A stretch of DNA of 63,856 nucleotides, the filler included, from an uncultured Methanosarcinales archaeon (lineage in GTDB: Archaea > Nanobdellota > Nanobdellia > Woesearchaeales > CAZKBD01), in the NCBI GenBank assembly GCA_964550945.1. It is 4 parts of 4 records of this genome, joined end to end, with 100 filler letters (N's around TTAATTAATTAA, not from the genome) between each part and the next. Parts side by side here need not be neighbours in the genome. Positions count along the whole stretch, not along the records: positions 35,767 to 53,298 come from CAZKBD010000036.1; positions 53,399 to 63,856 come from CAZKBD010000066.1; 2 more parts are not named here. One strand, 5' to 3'. The position numbers and the translations under genes are program-made. The notes beneath the pieces were generated by a model. It was not told where the DNA came from and searched no databases. It saw nothing but the letters and a program-made list of their open reading frames with translations. Positions 49,801 to 61,596 of this stretch are shown here, in pieces. Every line of letters starts with the position of its first letter. Position 1 is the stretch's first letter.

Positions 49801-52800
49801 TGCTATTTGCGTTGTTGGGTAGACTTGCTACTCCAGCAGAATCATAAACTACGACCTGCACTAGCACATTGCCTATGCTTGTATTGCCTCGGATAGTTAT
49901 TAGCTGCGAGTTATAGTATGGGGAGAGAGCTTCTATGGCTGTTATGGTTGGCCCTGTTGTGTTGATGTTAAATGTGTGCCCTGTATCAATAGTGGTATCT
50001 CTGCCATTTAAATCTATTATAGTGATGTTCCAATTGGCTGTGGCTTCTAGATTATCTAGTGCTGCAACTTCAACTGGTATTGTGAAGTTTGCTATATACA
50101 CCTTAGAGCTGTACTGGCTCAAAGTATAAACGGATGAGTTATAACCGGCTAAGTAATAATACATGCTGCTTTGAGCAGTATTTAGGTCTTCAGAAACTGT
50201 AATCATTACAGTATAATCTCCTTTCTTGAAAGGGCCTTCAAGTGGGGCTGTTAAATTCGTTCTATTGTATATTGCTACGCTTGTTGTTATGTATGGGTCT
50301 TGGGTGTCGTTGACTGAGAAATTGCGCGTTACAAATGAGGGTGTTCCAAATTTATCTTCTGCAATAAACATTGCAGAGTAATTTCCAATTGGAAGAATAG
50401 AGTTTATTGTTTTGATATAATTACTATTTGATGGGTTGTTTAAATCAAAAGTAGTATCAGGATAACTGCAGCCAGGACTTAAACAGTGGATAGCTACATC
50501 AGCTGAAGTGTTGTCAACCCCTATTCCATTATCAGTAATTGAAGCTGAAAAGGTGATATTTTTACCGAATTGAAGCACATTTGGGGCATAACTTCCATCT
50601 TCATCATAGACTTCTATACTGCTTATTACAGGCCCAGAATTATCTCTAATTACAGTGATTCCACTGGAATCTGTACTATATCCTGCAACTGTTTTAAGTG
50701 TTGCGCTAATGTAATTATTGCCTTCTTCCAAATGAACGCTATTGTTTCTAAACTGCCAGCTTCCAGCAGGAATGATTGATGAATACCTAATTCCGTTTGC
50801 GATTATTGTAACACTTTCTACTCCACCTGGACCAGGATCAGTGAAGCTGCCATTAACAGGGATACTACTACTAAGGGTTATATCTCCATCTTGCGGGTTA
50901 AGAATCTGTATTGTTGGCTGAGTTGCATCAATAAGGATGTTCTTTGTTCGGGTTTGCTCTACATTTCCTCCTGTGTCCACACAATAATACTTGAGTTGGC
51001 TGGTTGAGTCGAATTGTGGAAGTGTTACCCTTTGATTATTTAATGGTGCGAAGTCTTGTTTCCAATTGGGGCTTCCAGCACCACATGCGAATCCTTGGCA
51101 ATACATTAAAAAGTTGGCGCCAAATTCACCCGGATTCTCTCCTAAATCATAATCTGTGCAGTTTAGGTATACGTTAACGGTTCCATAGTAATATTTTGTA
51201 TCATCAAATGGTGTTCCATCTAAATTTTCTGCGGTTGTTGCTGGAGGCGCTTGGTCTACAGTAAATCTTAAATTGGTTGTATCCCTAGTGGTGTCAATAA
51301 ATTTGCACTCAATCTCTAATAAGTAAGTGTTATTCGGTAGATTTGTTGCGCTATAATTATGTTGATATTCAACAGGAGTGATTTGGGTAGCTTGCAGCTG
51401 CCTATTGTTTAGCGCTGAAGCAGTTGAGTGGATAATGCAAGTGCCGTTTTTGGATGTTTTGAGAGAGATTTGTACATTACCTGTATTCAGTTTTTCATTA
51501 TTTGGGCTCTCGCTGCCTGTGATAATTCCGTCAACTCTATCTATCCTTACTTCAGATGGTTCATTCTGAATATTGCCACTAACATCTTGGCACGTTGAAG
51601 TGAATATAACTATGCCGTCATTTTCATATTCAAGAATAGTGGTGAAACTCCTATTCAGGCCTGAACCAAAAGGTGGTCCTGAAGTGGGAGCAGGCTCAGC
51701 TCTATATGAGCAGTTCATATAATCTTCTGAATAAACGATAACATCCAATAATGAATATGTCTCAAAATGCCTTACTACTATTAAATTAGTTTGGCCAGGG
51801 CCGTCCAAATCATAACTGAGATTAGATTCTCTTAATTGCTCAATATTTTTGTTAGAGTCAGTAGAATAGTACCTTATTGCATAAATGCCACTTTCATTTA
51901 CAATATCCTGATTTTCATTTAATGGATCTATTGTAACTAAGGAACCAGCAGGTATTGCTATGGGATTAAAGTCTGCACCACAACAAACATCATCGCGACC
52001 TAATTTGTATATGCAATAATAGAATTTATCATTAAACACATCTTCAACTGTGAATGGTATATCATAACCCCTTTGGTTTATAACTACAGGAACATAACCC
52101 ATTCTGGTAATTGGTTCTTGCAAGTCCATTCTGCAGTTCTGATTTGTGCAATCTGGCTCGCTATTATTGTCTGCATCTTTGAAGCATGCTGCGCCAATCC
52201 ATTTGCATTTTCCTAAATCGCATGCGTCATTGCTTGGAGTTATTAATTTAGGGCATACATTATTGATAGAATATTGCTGCTCGATAAGGTTTCCTTGTTC
52301 ATCCAGAACAGCGCCAATGCAGCTTTCTTCGGTTGTGAAATCTTCGCAAACCGTTTCTTCGGTGCATGTTTGGCAGGAGCTGTCTTTGCTGTAGCAGTTT
52401 CCTAACCTAGAGCATATGTTTTGATTGCAGCCAACATTATTAAATAATCCATCAGTCATATTGCACATACCGCAATAGTCAGTTCCTTGGTATCTTGGAT
52501 TATAACAAATGCCTTTGCCTAATTCCTGATAAGGAGTGGGGTACCAAGTGCAGTTGGCTTGCAGAAGGCACAAATCGTTGTTTTGCTTTTCTGAAGGAAC
52601 CTTAGTACTCTCGCCTTCACATGCAAACTCAGACCTATAATCATAACATGTCCTTATCTGACTGCAAGCATAGCACATATCTACGGTAGTATTTGAATAA
52701 TCATAGTAACACCACTCGCTTAAGCAGCCGGTCAATTCTGTGCCCACATACCCAAACATACCTAAAGGATTACCATATTCTCCAGAGCATTGTTGGTTGA

Positions 52801-53298
52801 TATCAACGCAAGAAACTTCATTCACAGTCTGAACGCATTGTTGACCAGTACATGGTGTGCATTGCATATCGTTGCTTGCATCGCAATAACAGATTGAATT
52901 CCCGCTGCAGAAAGAATTAGCTGGCCCTGTTAGAACCCCATCACATTCGCTATCTCCTAAAGTGACAGTGGCTATTACGGGTCCAGCAATTAACCCAGTT
53001 GCATACCTTATATAAAGATTATAAGTATAGGTTTCTCCCCAATTCATATCCATGATATTGTTATCTATATATTGTATTGTTGAAGGAGCCAATTCAAAAT
53101 AATATCTTGTGGTGTTGTGATAGAACTCTAGAAGAATAGTTTCAATATTGCTACAAGCTGGATTCACCCAAGTTAGGAGCACTTCCTTTTTGCCGGGTGA
53201 GTTTTGAGCCATGAAGCTAGAAGCATTAGGAGCTTGTAAAGTATCGCATGGCCCAAGGACTTCAGGAGTTATTTTGAGATTTTTTCCTGATATTACTG
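43802..53298 (-). CDS. Giant (>3160 aa) extracellular protein with Cys-rich region and many Ig-like repeats; 5' end lost in the gap
   Basis: Frame is open from the gap edge; recurring D.AGN...D...P beta-sandwich repeats; abundant N-x-S/T sequons. Confidence 0.88.
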
Positions 53299-53398
53299 NN
53301 NNNNNNNNNNNNNNNNNNNNNNNNNNNNNNNNNNNNNNNNNNTTAATTAATTAANNNNNNNNNNNNNNNNNNNNNNNNNNNNNNNNNNNNNNNNNNNN
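53299..53398. other. Assembly linker/gap
   Basis: N44-TTAATTAATTAA-N44. Confidence 0.98.
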
Positions 53399-53456
53399 GT
53401 TGACGAGTAGCGAAGGCGGGAGGGGATTATAAGGGGCGTCCCCTTATTTCATAACA

Positions 53457-53708
53457 GGCTCAGTAGAAATCCTAGCCGTCTGTGCCATGTTTTCTGGAAA
53501 ATGATTAGCATTTTCTAGAAGTTAGAAAACATTAGGTTTTCCAACTGCCTTGTTTGCGTTTGAGCAAACATGGCATGGCCAGACGTCTCAGCTTTGCAAA
53601 GCAAAGGTGAGGGGTTGGAAATGTATGCATTTCCAAGCGAGCTTACCACGTTCCTATACAAAGTGTAGGGTTGTGGTAAGCGGAGTAGGATAGGATTTCT
53701 ACTGAGCC
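53457..53708. repeat. 252-bp extensively base-paired element with perfect 18-bp terminal inverted repeats (MITE or structured ncRNA)
   Basis: ggctcagtagaaatccta/taggatttctactgagcc ends enclosing at least six stems. Confidence 0.8.
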
Positions 53709-53753
53709 CTAAAATAAAAAGCTTTAAAATATACCTAATACCTACAATAAGAA

Positions 53754-54689
53754 ATGAATAGCCTATTCACAAACATTATCGGCTCTTTCGTATTTAATAA
53801 GGATTTCAAATTAGTTGACAAAATATTGTTTAAGACAATAGATGATTATAAAAACAGGCAAAAGTTTGAGAATGCCTTAAAATTAAAGCATAAAGGCCTA
53901 CAAGAGCCAGAGCTGGCTAAATCCCTTGAATTTTTTAGAAGTAAACAATATTTCAATGAGTTCTATGCAAAAAATCTAAAGCTGACAAAAGAGGCAATAA
54001 AGCAGTCAGTTGCTGTTGATAACCTTATAATCCAGACAATATCCAACATCGAAGAGCTTAACAAAGCAACCAACCTTTTGTCAACAAGATTAAGAGAATG
54101 GTACTCTCTCTATAATCCTGAATTCTCAAATTCGATCCAAAACCATGAAAAGTTTGCTGATCTTATTCTCTCTAAAGACAAAAAAACACTGCTTAAGGAA
54201 ATCAATGTTACAGACTCAATGGGCTCTGACCTTAGCAAAGATAATTTAGAGCCAATTATCTCTCTGGCAAAACAAATAAGATCATTATTTGAGCTAAAGC
54301 AAAAGCAGGAAACCTATCTGGAAACAATAATGAAAAAAACATGCCCGAATCTCTTGGAGATTACAGGCTCACAATTAGGGGCAAAGCTTATAGAATTTGC
54401 AGGCTCGTTAGAAAGGCTGACAAGATTTCCAGCTTCCACAATCCAGCTCTTAGGAGCAGAAAAAGCATTGTTCAGGCATATGAAAAATAAGAATAACCTT
54501 TGCCCTAAATATGGAATATTGCATGAGCATCCTTTGATAGGCAAAGTCAAAACCAGGCATCAGGGAAAAACCGCAAGGACAATAGCTGATAAACTATCGA
54601 TTGCAGTTAAAGTTGATTACTTTAAGGGAAAATTCATTGGAGATAAATTGAAGCAGGATATAGAAAATAGAATCAAAAGCCTAAAATGA
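53754..54689 (+). CDS. nop5: C/D box RNP protein Nop5 (Nop56/58)
   Basis: RLREWY...PE, PASTIQLLGAEKALFRH and PKYG motifs. Confidence 0.93.
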   Translation: MNSLFTNIIGSFVFNKDFKLVDKILFKTIDDYKNRQKFENALKLKHKGLQEPELAKSLEFFRSKQYFNEFYAKNLKLTKEAIKQSVAVDNLIIQTISNIEELNKATNLLSTRLREWYSLYNPEFSNSIQNHEKFADLILSKDKKTLLKEINVTDSMGSDLSKDNLEPIISLAKQIRSLFELKQKQETYLETIMKKTCPNLLEITGSQLGAKLIEFAGSLERLTRFPASTIQLLGAEKALFRHMKNKNNLCPKYGILHEHPLIGKVKTRHQGKTARTIADKLSIAVKVDYFKGKFIGDKLKQDIENRIKSLK

Positions 54690-55354
54690 TCCAGCAATCA
54701 AGAATATTTGAAGTGTACCAGGATAAGCGTAGATTATTAACTAAAAATCTAACTCCAGGCAAAACAGTCTATGATGAATCCTTGATAATCCAGGATGGTG
54801 TGGAGTATAGAGAATGGAACCCAAGAAAATCTAAATTAGCCGCATTGATCCTAAAAGGATGCTCAGATATAAAAATCAGGAAAGACGACATTATTCTTTA
54901 TTTAGGATCTGCTTCAGGAACAACCGTTAGCCATGTATCAGACATTATTGGAAAATATGGTTTTATTTTTGCTCTTGACTTTGCTCCAAGAGTTGTACGA
55001 GATTTAGTATTTGTATCTGAAGATAGGAAAAACATTGCTCCAATCTTAGCAGATGCAAATAAGCCAGAAACTTATATAGGAAGAGTTAGCCAGGTGGATA
55101 TCATCTACCAGGATATTGCGCAGAAAGACCAGTTAATCATTTTTCTTAAAAATATCGACCTTTTCCTAAAAAAAGGCGGCTTTGCATTGCTGGCAGTCAA
55201 AGCAAGGTCAATAGACGTAACAAAACACCCAAAAGAGATTTTCATGAAAGTAAGGAAACAATTAGAGCAGCAGCAAAATTTAATTATTGTAGATTACAAA
55301 ACACTAGAGCCATTCCAGTTGGATCATTGCATGTTTGTTGTTAAGAAAAAATAA
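54686..55354 (+). CDS. flpA: Fibrillarin-like 2'-O-methyltransferase
   Basis: EYREWNPRKSKLAA, LYLGSASGTTVSHVSD and YQDIAQ motifs. Confidence 0.96.
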   Translation: MIQQSRIFEVYQDKRRLLTKNLTPGKTVYDESLIIQDGVEYREWNPRKSKLAALILKGCSDIKIRKDDIILYLGSASGTTVSHVSDIIGKYGFIFALDFAPRVVRDLVFVSEDRKNIAPILADANKPETYIGRVSQVDIIYQDIAQKDQLIIFLKNIDLFLKKGGFALLAVKARSIDVTKHPKEIFMKVRKQLEQQQNLIIVDYKTLEPFQLDHCMFVVKKK

Positions 55355-56303
55355 AATGATCATACCCTTTTTTCTTAATTAATTCCTCTCGCCCATTAGA
55401 ATACAAATAAACCCCTTTCTTCTTCCTTATCTCGCCAACTATAAACCCTTTGGCCTTATTCAGATTTTTCTCAGAAACAGTATAAACTAACTCAAAATCC
55501 TCTCCTCCGAATAGAGCATAATCAACTGCATTTTTTCCAACTGACTCAGCTGCCTTTCTTGTTTCATCTGCAATAGGAATATTGTCTTTGAATATCACAG
55601 CGCCGCAATTGCTCTGCTCGCATATCCTTGTAACTTCTGAAGCAAGGCCATCAGAAACATCAATCATAGCATTAATACATTTTAGAAATGTTTTTACTTT
55701 GTGAAATTTAGCTGTTGGTCCTATATGAGCATTTATGACATTCTTAAAATGCCTATTGTCTGCTTTTTTAGCTCTGAATAAATTCAAGCCAGCCGCGCTC
55801 TTTCCTAAATCACCGCTCACCAAAATAAAATCTCCTGGCTTCGCTGAGCTCCTTAAGCAAAGCTCTTTCACTTCACCAATCATGTCAATATCAATAACAA
55901 GCTGCTCTCCGTGGGTTATATTCCCTCCAACTATTTCACATCTATACTTATCGCAGACAGACCACATCCCTTTATACAATCCGTCAATAAAGCTAACCTC
56001 TGTATCTCTAGGCAAAACCAACGAGACTAAAACATATTTTGGCACACCCCCAATTGCTCCGATATCGCTGGCATTGATCTCAATAGCTTTCTTGCCAACC
56101 TGCTCTGCTGTAAACCACTTCAAAGAAAAATGATCTCCTTCAACTAAAGTATCTGTTGTCACCGCTAATAACTTATTGCCTGCTTTTATAACCGCAGCAT
56201 CATCGCCTATCCCTTTTATTATGCTCTTGTCTTTAGCTTTCTTTGTTATCCTTCTAATGAGGGCAAACTCCCCTCCAATATCTTTTATTTTCATTTTTAC
56301 CAT
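55341..56303 (-). CDS. thiL: Thiamine-monophosphate kinase
   Basis: GIGDDAA, NASDI, DVSDGL and GGEDFEL motifs. Confidence 0.93.
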   Translation of the reverse strand: MVKMKIKDIGGEFALIRRITKKAKDKSIIKGIGDDAAVIKAGNKLLAVTTDTLVEGDHFSLKWFTAEQVGKKAIEINASDIGAIGGVPKYVLVSLVLPRDTEVSFIDGLYKGMWSVCDKYRCEIVGGNITHGEQLVIDIDMIGEVKELCLRSSAKPGDFILVSGDLGKSAAGLNLFRAKKADNRHFKNVINAHIGPTAKFHKVKTFLKCINAMIDVSDGLASEVTRICEQSNCGAVIFKDNIPIADETRKAAESVGKNAVDYALFGGEDFELVYTVSEKNLNKAKGFIVGEIRKKKGVYLYSNGREELIKKKGYDHFIFS

Positions 56304-56416
56304 TAATAATCAGGTTTACTTTAAATTATTTGTTATTATCAATACAAAGTATTGTTCGCCTGAGATAGTAGTTGGTTAATAATTTATTGAATTATTTTTT
56401 TATTGATAACTAATAA

Positions 56417-56683
56417 TCACTCTTTGCCTTTTATCTTGCTCTCTATCTTTTTAATCCTCTCTTTAAAGATATTTTTATCAGCGCCTTCATTTATAGCAAG
56501 CATGTAAGAAAGAAGGGTTAAATCAGCCAGCTCCTTAACAAGATGAGGGTCTTTGTTTGCCTTTAGATCACTCACCTCAACAAGATGGCTCTGGATGTGG
56601 AACATCAGAAAATCATGATACTCTTCTGGAGAAGAAAACTTTTTTTTGTTTAGCTCATTAAGCCCACTAACATCCTTTTCCAT
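56417..56683 (-). CDS. Small helical protein, possibly MazG-like
   Basis: EV...KELADL acidic motif; located within the thi operon. Confidence 0.45.
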   Translation of the reverse strand: MEKDVSGLNELNKKKFSSPEEYHDFLMFHIQSHLVEVSDLKANKDPHLVKELADLTLLSYMLAINEGADKNIFKERIKKIESKIKGKE

Positions 56684-56745
56684 AAGACAAACCAGAAACA
56701 AAGTTATTTATAACTCTTGCTGTTGGTAGTATTTATTAAGCTATG

Positions 56746-57171
56746 CTAGTATAGTTTTATTGTAATCAAATCACCAACATTCACAAAATTTTCTTGAGCA
56801 AATCCTGCATTAACTTCAACAACATACTTAGCAGCATCATCTGGCTCGTACAGCTCACAATTATCAGTTGTGCAAGGAACAGCATTCTCAATGTGTACTA
56901 TTTTAAACTCTTGATCAACCCACATAATATCTAAAGGAATTAATGTATTTTTCATCCAGAAAGGATAAACCCCTTCGTCATCAAATACAAAAATCATGCC
57001 TTCATTATCGCCTAATTTATCCCTGAACATCAGGCCTTTTTCTCTCAATTCGGGACTATCTGCAATTTCTACATTTATGCACTTTTCTGAAAAGCAAACC
57101 ATTGATTTATTATCAGAACATGATTGCAATAACAAAGCTAAAAATAATACAAGGAACGCTTTTTTAATCAT
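56746..57171 (-). CDS. DUF192 family protein with lipoprotein-like signal
   Basis: VEIAD...R.KGLMFR, GMIFVF, FWMKNTLIPLDI and YVVEVNAG motifs. Confidence 0.9.
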   Translation of the reverse strand: MIKKAFLVLFLALLLQSCSDNKSMVCFSEKCINVEIADSPELREKGLMFRDKLGDNEGMIFVFDDEGVYPFWMKNTLIPLDIMWVDQEFKIVHIENAVPCTTDNCELYEPDDAAKYVVEVNAGFAQENFVNVGDLITIKLY

Positions 57172-58427
57172 CTCAGCTCCTTATTAACCTTCATAGAGCA
57201 AAACTTGCCGCACATTGAACAAACTTCAGGATCATCTGGCCTGCATTCATCTCTCATTTCTTTTGCCTTTTTTGGATTGATCGCTAGCTTTATCATCTCA
57301 TCCCAGTTAAGGTCAGCTCTCGCTTTGCTCATCCTGTCATCCCAGTCCCTGGCATTTTTAATCCCTTTTGCAATATCAGCAGCATGAGCAGCTATCCTGG
57401 AAGCAATGACTCCTTCTCTCACATCATCAATATTTGGCAATCTTAAATGCTCTGCAGGAGTCACAAAACATAAAAAATCAGCTCCATAACAAGCAGCCAA
57501 TGCCCCTCCAATAGCTGAAGTTATATGGTCATATCCAGGAGCAATATCAGTTACAAGAGGCCCTAAAACATAAAAAGGAGCATTAAAACATTCCTTCTTC
57601 TGAATCTCAACATTAAATTTTATTTGGTCTAAGGGCACATGGCCAGGCCCTTCTATCATAACTTGTATGCCCTCTTTCCACGCTCTTTTAGTAAGGCTGC
57701 CTAAAACATTCAGCTCCAAAAGCTGCGCTTTATCAGTCGCATCTTTCAAGCAGCCAGGCCTTAAGCCATCTCCCAAGCTTAAAGTAACATCATTATCATG
57801 TGCTATGCTCAAAATCTTGTCAAAATTCTCATAAAGAGGGTTTTCCTTATTGTTGTGTATCATCCACTTTAAAATCATCGAGCCTCCTCTGCTCACAGCC
57901 CCAGTTAATCTTTTTTTAACTAGAGGAATTGCTTTTCTTGTGATTCCAGAATGGACTGTTATGAAATCAACACCATCATTTACATGCCTTTTGATTATAT
58001 TTAAAAAATCATTTTCACCTAACTCAACAACATCGCCTTTCTCAATGACTGCCTGGTAAATAGGCACAGTGCCGATTGGCACTGAAGAATTCTTGATTAT
58101 TGCTCGCCTTATCTCATCAATATTGCCTCCTGTGCTTAAGTCCATTACAGTGTCAGCGCCAGCATCTATCGCAACTTTTAATTTTTCCAGCTCAAAATCA
58201 ATCTCAGCTTTGCTTGTAGAGCTTCCGATGTTGGCATTTACCTTAGTCCTTAATCCACTACCAATACCGATTGGCTTCAGATTTTTATGCCTTATATTAG
58301 CTGGGATTACCGCAATGCCATTTTCAATATTCTCTCTCAAAACAGCTGCTTTAAAATTCTCCTGGCTAGCAACAATATCCATCTCTTTTGTTACAGCTCC
58401 AGCACGAGCCTGTTCAAGCTGAGTCAT
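57168..58427 (-). CDS. thiC: Phosphomethylpyrimidine synthase
   Basis: [29 protein letters not shown] and CSMCGKFC motifs. Confidence 0.96.
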   Translation of the reverse strand: MTQLEQARAGAVTKEMDIVASQENFKAAVLRENIENGIAVIPANIRHKNLKPIGIGSGLRTKVNANIGSSTSKAEIDFELEKLKVAIDAGADTVMDLSTGGNIDEIRRAIIKNSSVPIGTVPIYQAVIEKGDVVELGENDFLNIIKRHVNDGVDFITVHSGITRKAIPLVKKRLTGAVSRGGSMILKWMIHNNKENPLYENFDKILSIAHDNDVTLSLGDGLRPGCLKDATDKAQLLELNVLGSLTKRAWKEGIQVMIEGPGHVPLDQIKFNVEIQKKECFNAPFYVLGPLVTDIAPGYDHITSAIGGALAACYGADFLCFVTPAEHLRLPNIDDVREGVIASRIAAHAADIAKGIKNARDWDDRMSKARADLNWDEMIKLAINPKKAKEMRDECRPDDPEVCSMCGKFCSMKVNKELR

Positions 58428-59059
58428 TTTTTACTTCCCTTCATGATACTAATAAACTCCTTAACTTCTTTTTCAACATCCTTTCCAATTACAGCGCTAA
58501 TCGCAGCAGTTCCATCAGCTCCTGCTTTTACAACGCTAGCAACATTCTCTTTATTAATGCCCCCTATTGCAACAATAGGAATTTTGGCTCTGTTTTTAAC
58601 TTCTTCTATTAACCTGATGCCCGCAGGCTTTCCAGCATCCAACTTTGTCTTAGTTTCAAATATTGGGCTAACCCCTATGTAATCCGCTCCTTTTTTCTCA
58701 GCTTCAACAGCCTCTTCAACATTATGCACAGTCAACCCTATTATCTTATTCCCCAATATTTTCCGGGCAATCTCATATGGCATATCATCATTGCCAAGAT
58801 GAACCCCATCAGCATCAACCGCTAAGCATATATCAACTCTATCATTAATTAAACATACTGCATTGCCTTTATCACAAATTTTTTTTATTTCTTTTGCCTC
58901 TTCAATCATCTCTTTTGTGCTTTTCTCTTTCTCTCTATATTGCACTATCTTAACCCCGCCTTTGACAGCAGCTTTTACATCATCAAAATTGCCTTTTTTA
59001 GAAAGTATCCTATCAGTAACAAAATAAAACCCGATATCTTTTAGTTTTCTATTAGTCAT
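58424..59059 (-). CDS. thiE: Thiamine-phosphate synthase
   Basis: VQYREK, INDRVD, DGVHLG, F.T.TK and AIGGI motifs. Confidence 0.95.
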   Translation of the reverse strand: MTNRKLKDIGFYFVTDRILSKKGNFDDVKAAVKGGVKIVQYREKEKSTKEMIEEAKEIKKICDKGNAVCLINDRVDICLAVDADGVHLGNDDMPYEIARKILGNKIIGLTVHNVEEAVEAEKKGADYIGVSPIFETKTKLDAGKPAGIRLIEEVKNRAKIPIVAIGGINKENVASVVKAGADGTAAISAVIGKDVEKEVKEFISIMKGSKK

Positions 59060-59303
59060 TTTTGGTTATGCGAGTTTAGTTACTTTACGAAGTATTGTTC
59101 GCTTTGGAGAGTAGCTGGTAATAATTAATTATATTTATTATTGATTTGTATTTTTTAATGGTTAATAATCACCATTGATTTTAAAATTACACTAGATTGT
59201 TTTTATTTGAAATTAATTTTTTACGTTTTGGATTTAAACTTTTATTGATAATATTATTTTTACTTTACTTCTTAAAATCACTCTGGCACATAACTTTGTA
59301 AAT

Positions 59304-60101
59304 CTATTCTTTTACTATCTCCAACTTCTGCATATTATTAACTTTTTCCTTATCCAAGTTATAAATCTCGTCATAGAAATCTTCCTTATAGCTTCCAGGC
59401 CCTTTTGCTTCTTTGGCAGCTAGCTCGCCAGCAACGCCAAAACAAACTAGTGCAGCAGCAGCAGCTTTGCAATAATCCTTCTCAACGCCAGCAAAAGCTC
59501 CAATAACAGATGCAGCCATGCATCCTGTTCCAACAATCTTGCCCATCATATCATGGCCGTTCTTGCAGATATAAGATTCTCTCCCGTTGCTGATGATATC
59601 CTCTTTTCCAGTTATCACAACCGCAGCTTTCCTTTTTTTAGCCAGATCCTTAGCCAGCAAAACCAAATTTTTTTCTACTTTAGTAGCTTCAACCCCTTTT
59701 GTAACAACATTTTCTCCAGCTAATTTAGCAATCTCAGAAGAATTTCCCTTAATGATATCTATATGTATCTCATCCAAAATCTCCAGGGCCTTATTTGTTC
59801 TTAAGTCAGTAGCTCCCACTCCAACAGCATCTAAAACTATTGGAATTCCTTTTTGATTGGCCTTTCTTCCAGCCAATATCATCGCATCAATCAAACCAAC
59901 AGTCAAAGTTCCAATATTAAGAACCAAAGCATTAGCAATGCCCGTCATCTGCTCAACTTCTTCAGGAGCATGGGCCATTACAGGCAGCGCTCCGATAGCC
60001 CTCACGATATTTGCGCAATCATAGATAGTAACCCAATTAGTGATATGGTGCACTAATGGCTTCTCTTTTCTTACCCTCTCCAAAATCTCTCCAACATCCA
60101 T
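59304..60101 (-). CDS. thiM: Hydroxyethylthiazole kinase
   Basis: [23 protein letters not shown] and GTGC motifs. Confidence 0.95.
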   Translation of the reverse strand: MDVGEILERVRKEKPLVHHITNWVTIYDCANIVRAIGALPVMAHAPEEVEQMTGIANALVLNIGTLTVGLIDAMILAGRKANQKGIPIVLDAVGVGATDLRTNKALEILDEIHIDIIKGNSSEIAKLAGENVVTKGVEATKVEKNLVLLAKDLAKKRKAAVVITGKEDIISNGRESYICKNGHDMMGKIVGTGCMAASVIGAFAGVEKDYCKAAAAALVCFGVAGELAAKEAKGPGSYKEDFYDEIYNLDKEKVNNMQKLEIVKE

Positions 60102-60209
60102 AGCAACAGGAAAATAACCCTACATTAAAAAGTTTTTCATTTAATCAAACTAACCCAGTAATTACTGCTTTCTTTGTAAACAACCATGTTTGGATACATT
60201 TTACTTGGC

Positions 60210-60656
60210 TTAATAATTCCGGTTAAAAGGGGGCGATGGCTTCCTGATTATCTTATCCTTCAGCTTTCCAAGCTCGTCCCTTTTTCCCTTATAGTACATA
60301 TGAATAAAAAGTATGTACATCACAACAATAGAAACAAGGATTATGCCCGTAAACATGAGTATGTTTGATTTTAGCAGTATTTCTAATTCTGGATTTATAG
60401 TATTATAGCTTTTATCAATCAGCCATGGAAAAATAAAAATCACGCAAATAAGGAAGAAAATAAAGTTGGGAATATAATAAAACAACCCAGTAAACCTAAA
60501 TCTTCTTTTAGTCGGGCTTATGATTATATTCATAAGCTTCCTTATAATGGGGCTTACAAACTGGTCTAAGAATATAAACAACCAGCCAAACAAGTAGACA
60601 GATACCAAAGTAATTATAGTAAGCGATATCAATGGCAACCATTTTTCTAATATCAT
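60210..60656 (-). CDS. Hypothetical membrane protein
   Basis: Three hydrophobic segments; own TATA-like motif. Confidence 0.55.
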   Translation of the reverse strand: MILEKWLPLISLTIITLVSVYLFGWLFIFLDQFVSPIIRKLMNIIISPTKRRFRFTGLFYYIPNFIFFLICVIFIFPWLIDKSYNTINPELEILLKSNILMFTGIILVSIVVMYILFIHMYYKGKRDELGKLKDKIIRKPSPPFNRNY

Positions 60657-60735
60657 ATTCTATTTACTCTCTTTAGTGTATTTAAATATTGCTGTTGACA
60701 GAGATTTTTCTAATAGCTCCAAGATAAGTAGAAAG

Positions 60736-61596
60736 CTATACTCTTCGGAATTTATAACTCAATAAGCTATAAACCAATTTTGCAGCCAGAAAGTCAGAAG
60801 CCTTATTTTCAGATGGGCATAATTCAACAACATCAAACCCAACAATATTCTTATTTTTTGCAACACTTTGCAATAAGGCAATAACCTGGTACCAGTCTAA
60901 TCCACCTGGCTCTGGGGTGCCTGTCGAAGGCATTATTCCAGGATCAAAAACATCAAGATCTATCGTGACATAAACATTTTTAGAAAGTTTGTTCACAGCA
61001 TCTTTAATCCAGTCCGTTGAGCTATGGATTTTATGTGCATAAAATATTTTACTCTTGTCAATACTCTTTAATTCTGAAGAATCCATGCTTCTTATGCCTA
61101 CAGATACAATATTACTTGTTATTTCTTTTGCCCTTGCCATAACACAAGCATGGCTGTACTTATCATCATCATAAGAATCCCTCATATCACTATGAGCATC
61201 AAGATGCAAAACACTCATGTCATTAAAAACGCCAGAATACGCTTTTATAACTCCGATAGAAATTGAGTGCTCCCCTCCTAAAGCAACAACAAATTTTTTA
61301 TCATTAATAAGATTTTTAACTTTTTTATAAACTTCTTCAACCATCAGCTCTGAACTCGAAGCTTTAATCTCTTTTTCAGTGTGTATCCCTAATTTGTAGA
61401 CTTCTGAATCGGTTTCTATGTCATACAATTCCATATATTGAGAAGCTTCAATAATTGCTTTTGGGCCCCTATAAGACCCTTTTATCCATGTGCTTGTTTT
61501 GTCAAAAGGAATTGGCAAAACAACTATCTTTGAGTTTTGGTAATCTGTAAACTGTTCAGATAACCTACCAAAATGGTCATAGATTTTCGATTTCAT
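60736..61596 (-). CDS. speB: Agmatinase
   Basis: GGEHS, DAHSD, SHAC and DLDVFDP...TGTPEPGG motifs. Confidence 0.93.
   Translation of the reverse strand: MKSKIYDHFGRLSEQFTDYQNSKIVVLPIPFDKTSTWIKGSYRGPKAIIEASQYMELYDIETDSEVYKLGIHTEKEIKASSSELMVEEVYKKVKNLINDKKFVVALGGEHSISIGVIKAYSGVFNDMSVLHLDAHSDMRDSYDDDKYSHACVMARAKEITSNIVSVGIRSMDSSELKSIDKSKIFYAHKIHSSTDWIKDAVNKLSKNVYVTIDLDVFDPGIMPSTGTPEPGGLDWYQVIALLQSVAKNKNIVGFDVVELCPSENKASDFLAAKLVYSLLSYKFRRV

Noticed and set aside
17843..53398. Three identical TTAATTAATTAA motifs in N runs as a biological repeat, and gene neighbourhoods across them
   Set aside because: Standard artificial contig linker with stops in all frames; cross-gap adjacency is unsupported.
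60102..60209. TPP riboswitch upstream of thiM
   Set aside because: No CUGAGA/AUACCUG core; a TATA-like motif about 25 nt from the ATG leaves no room for a leader.
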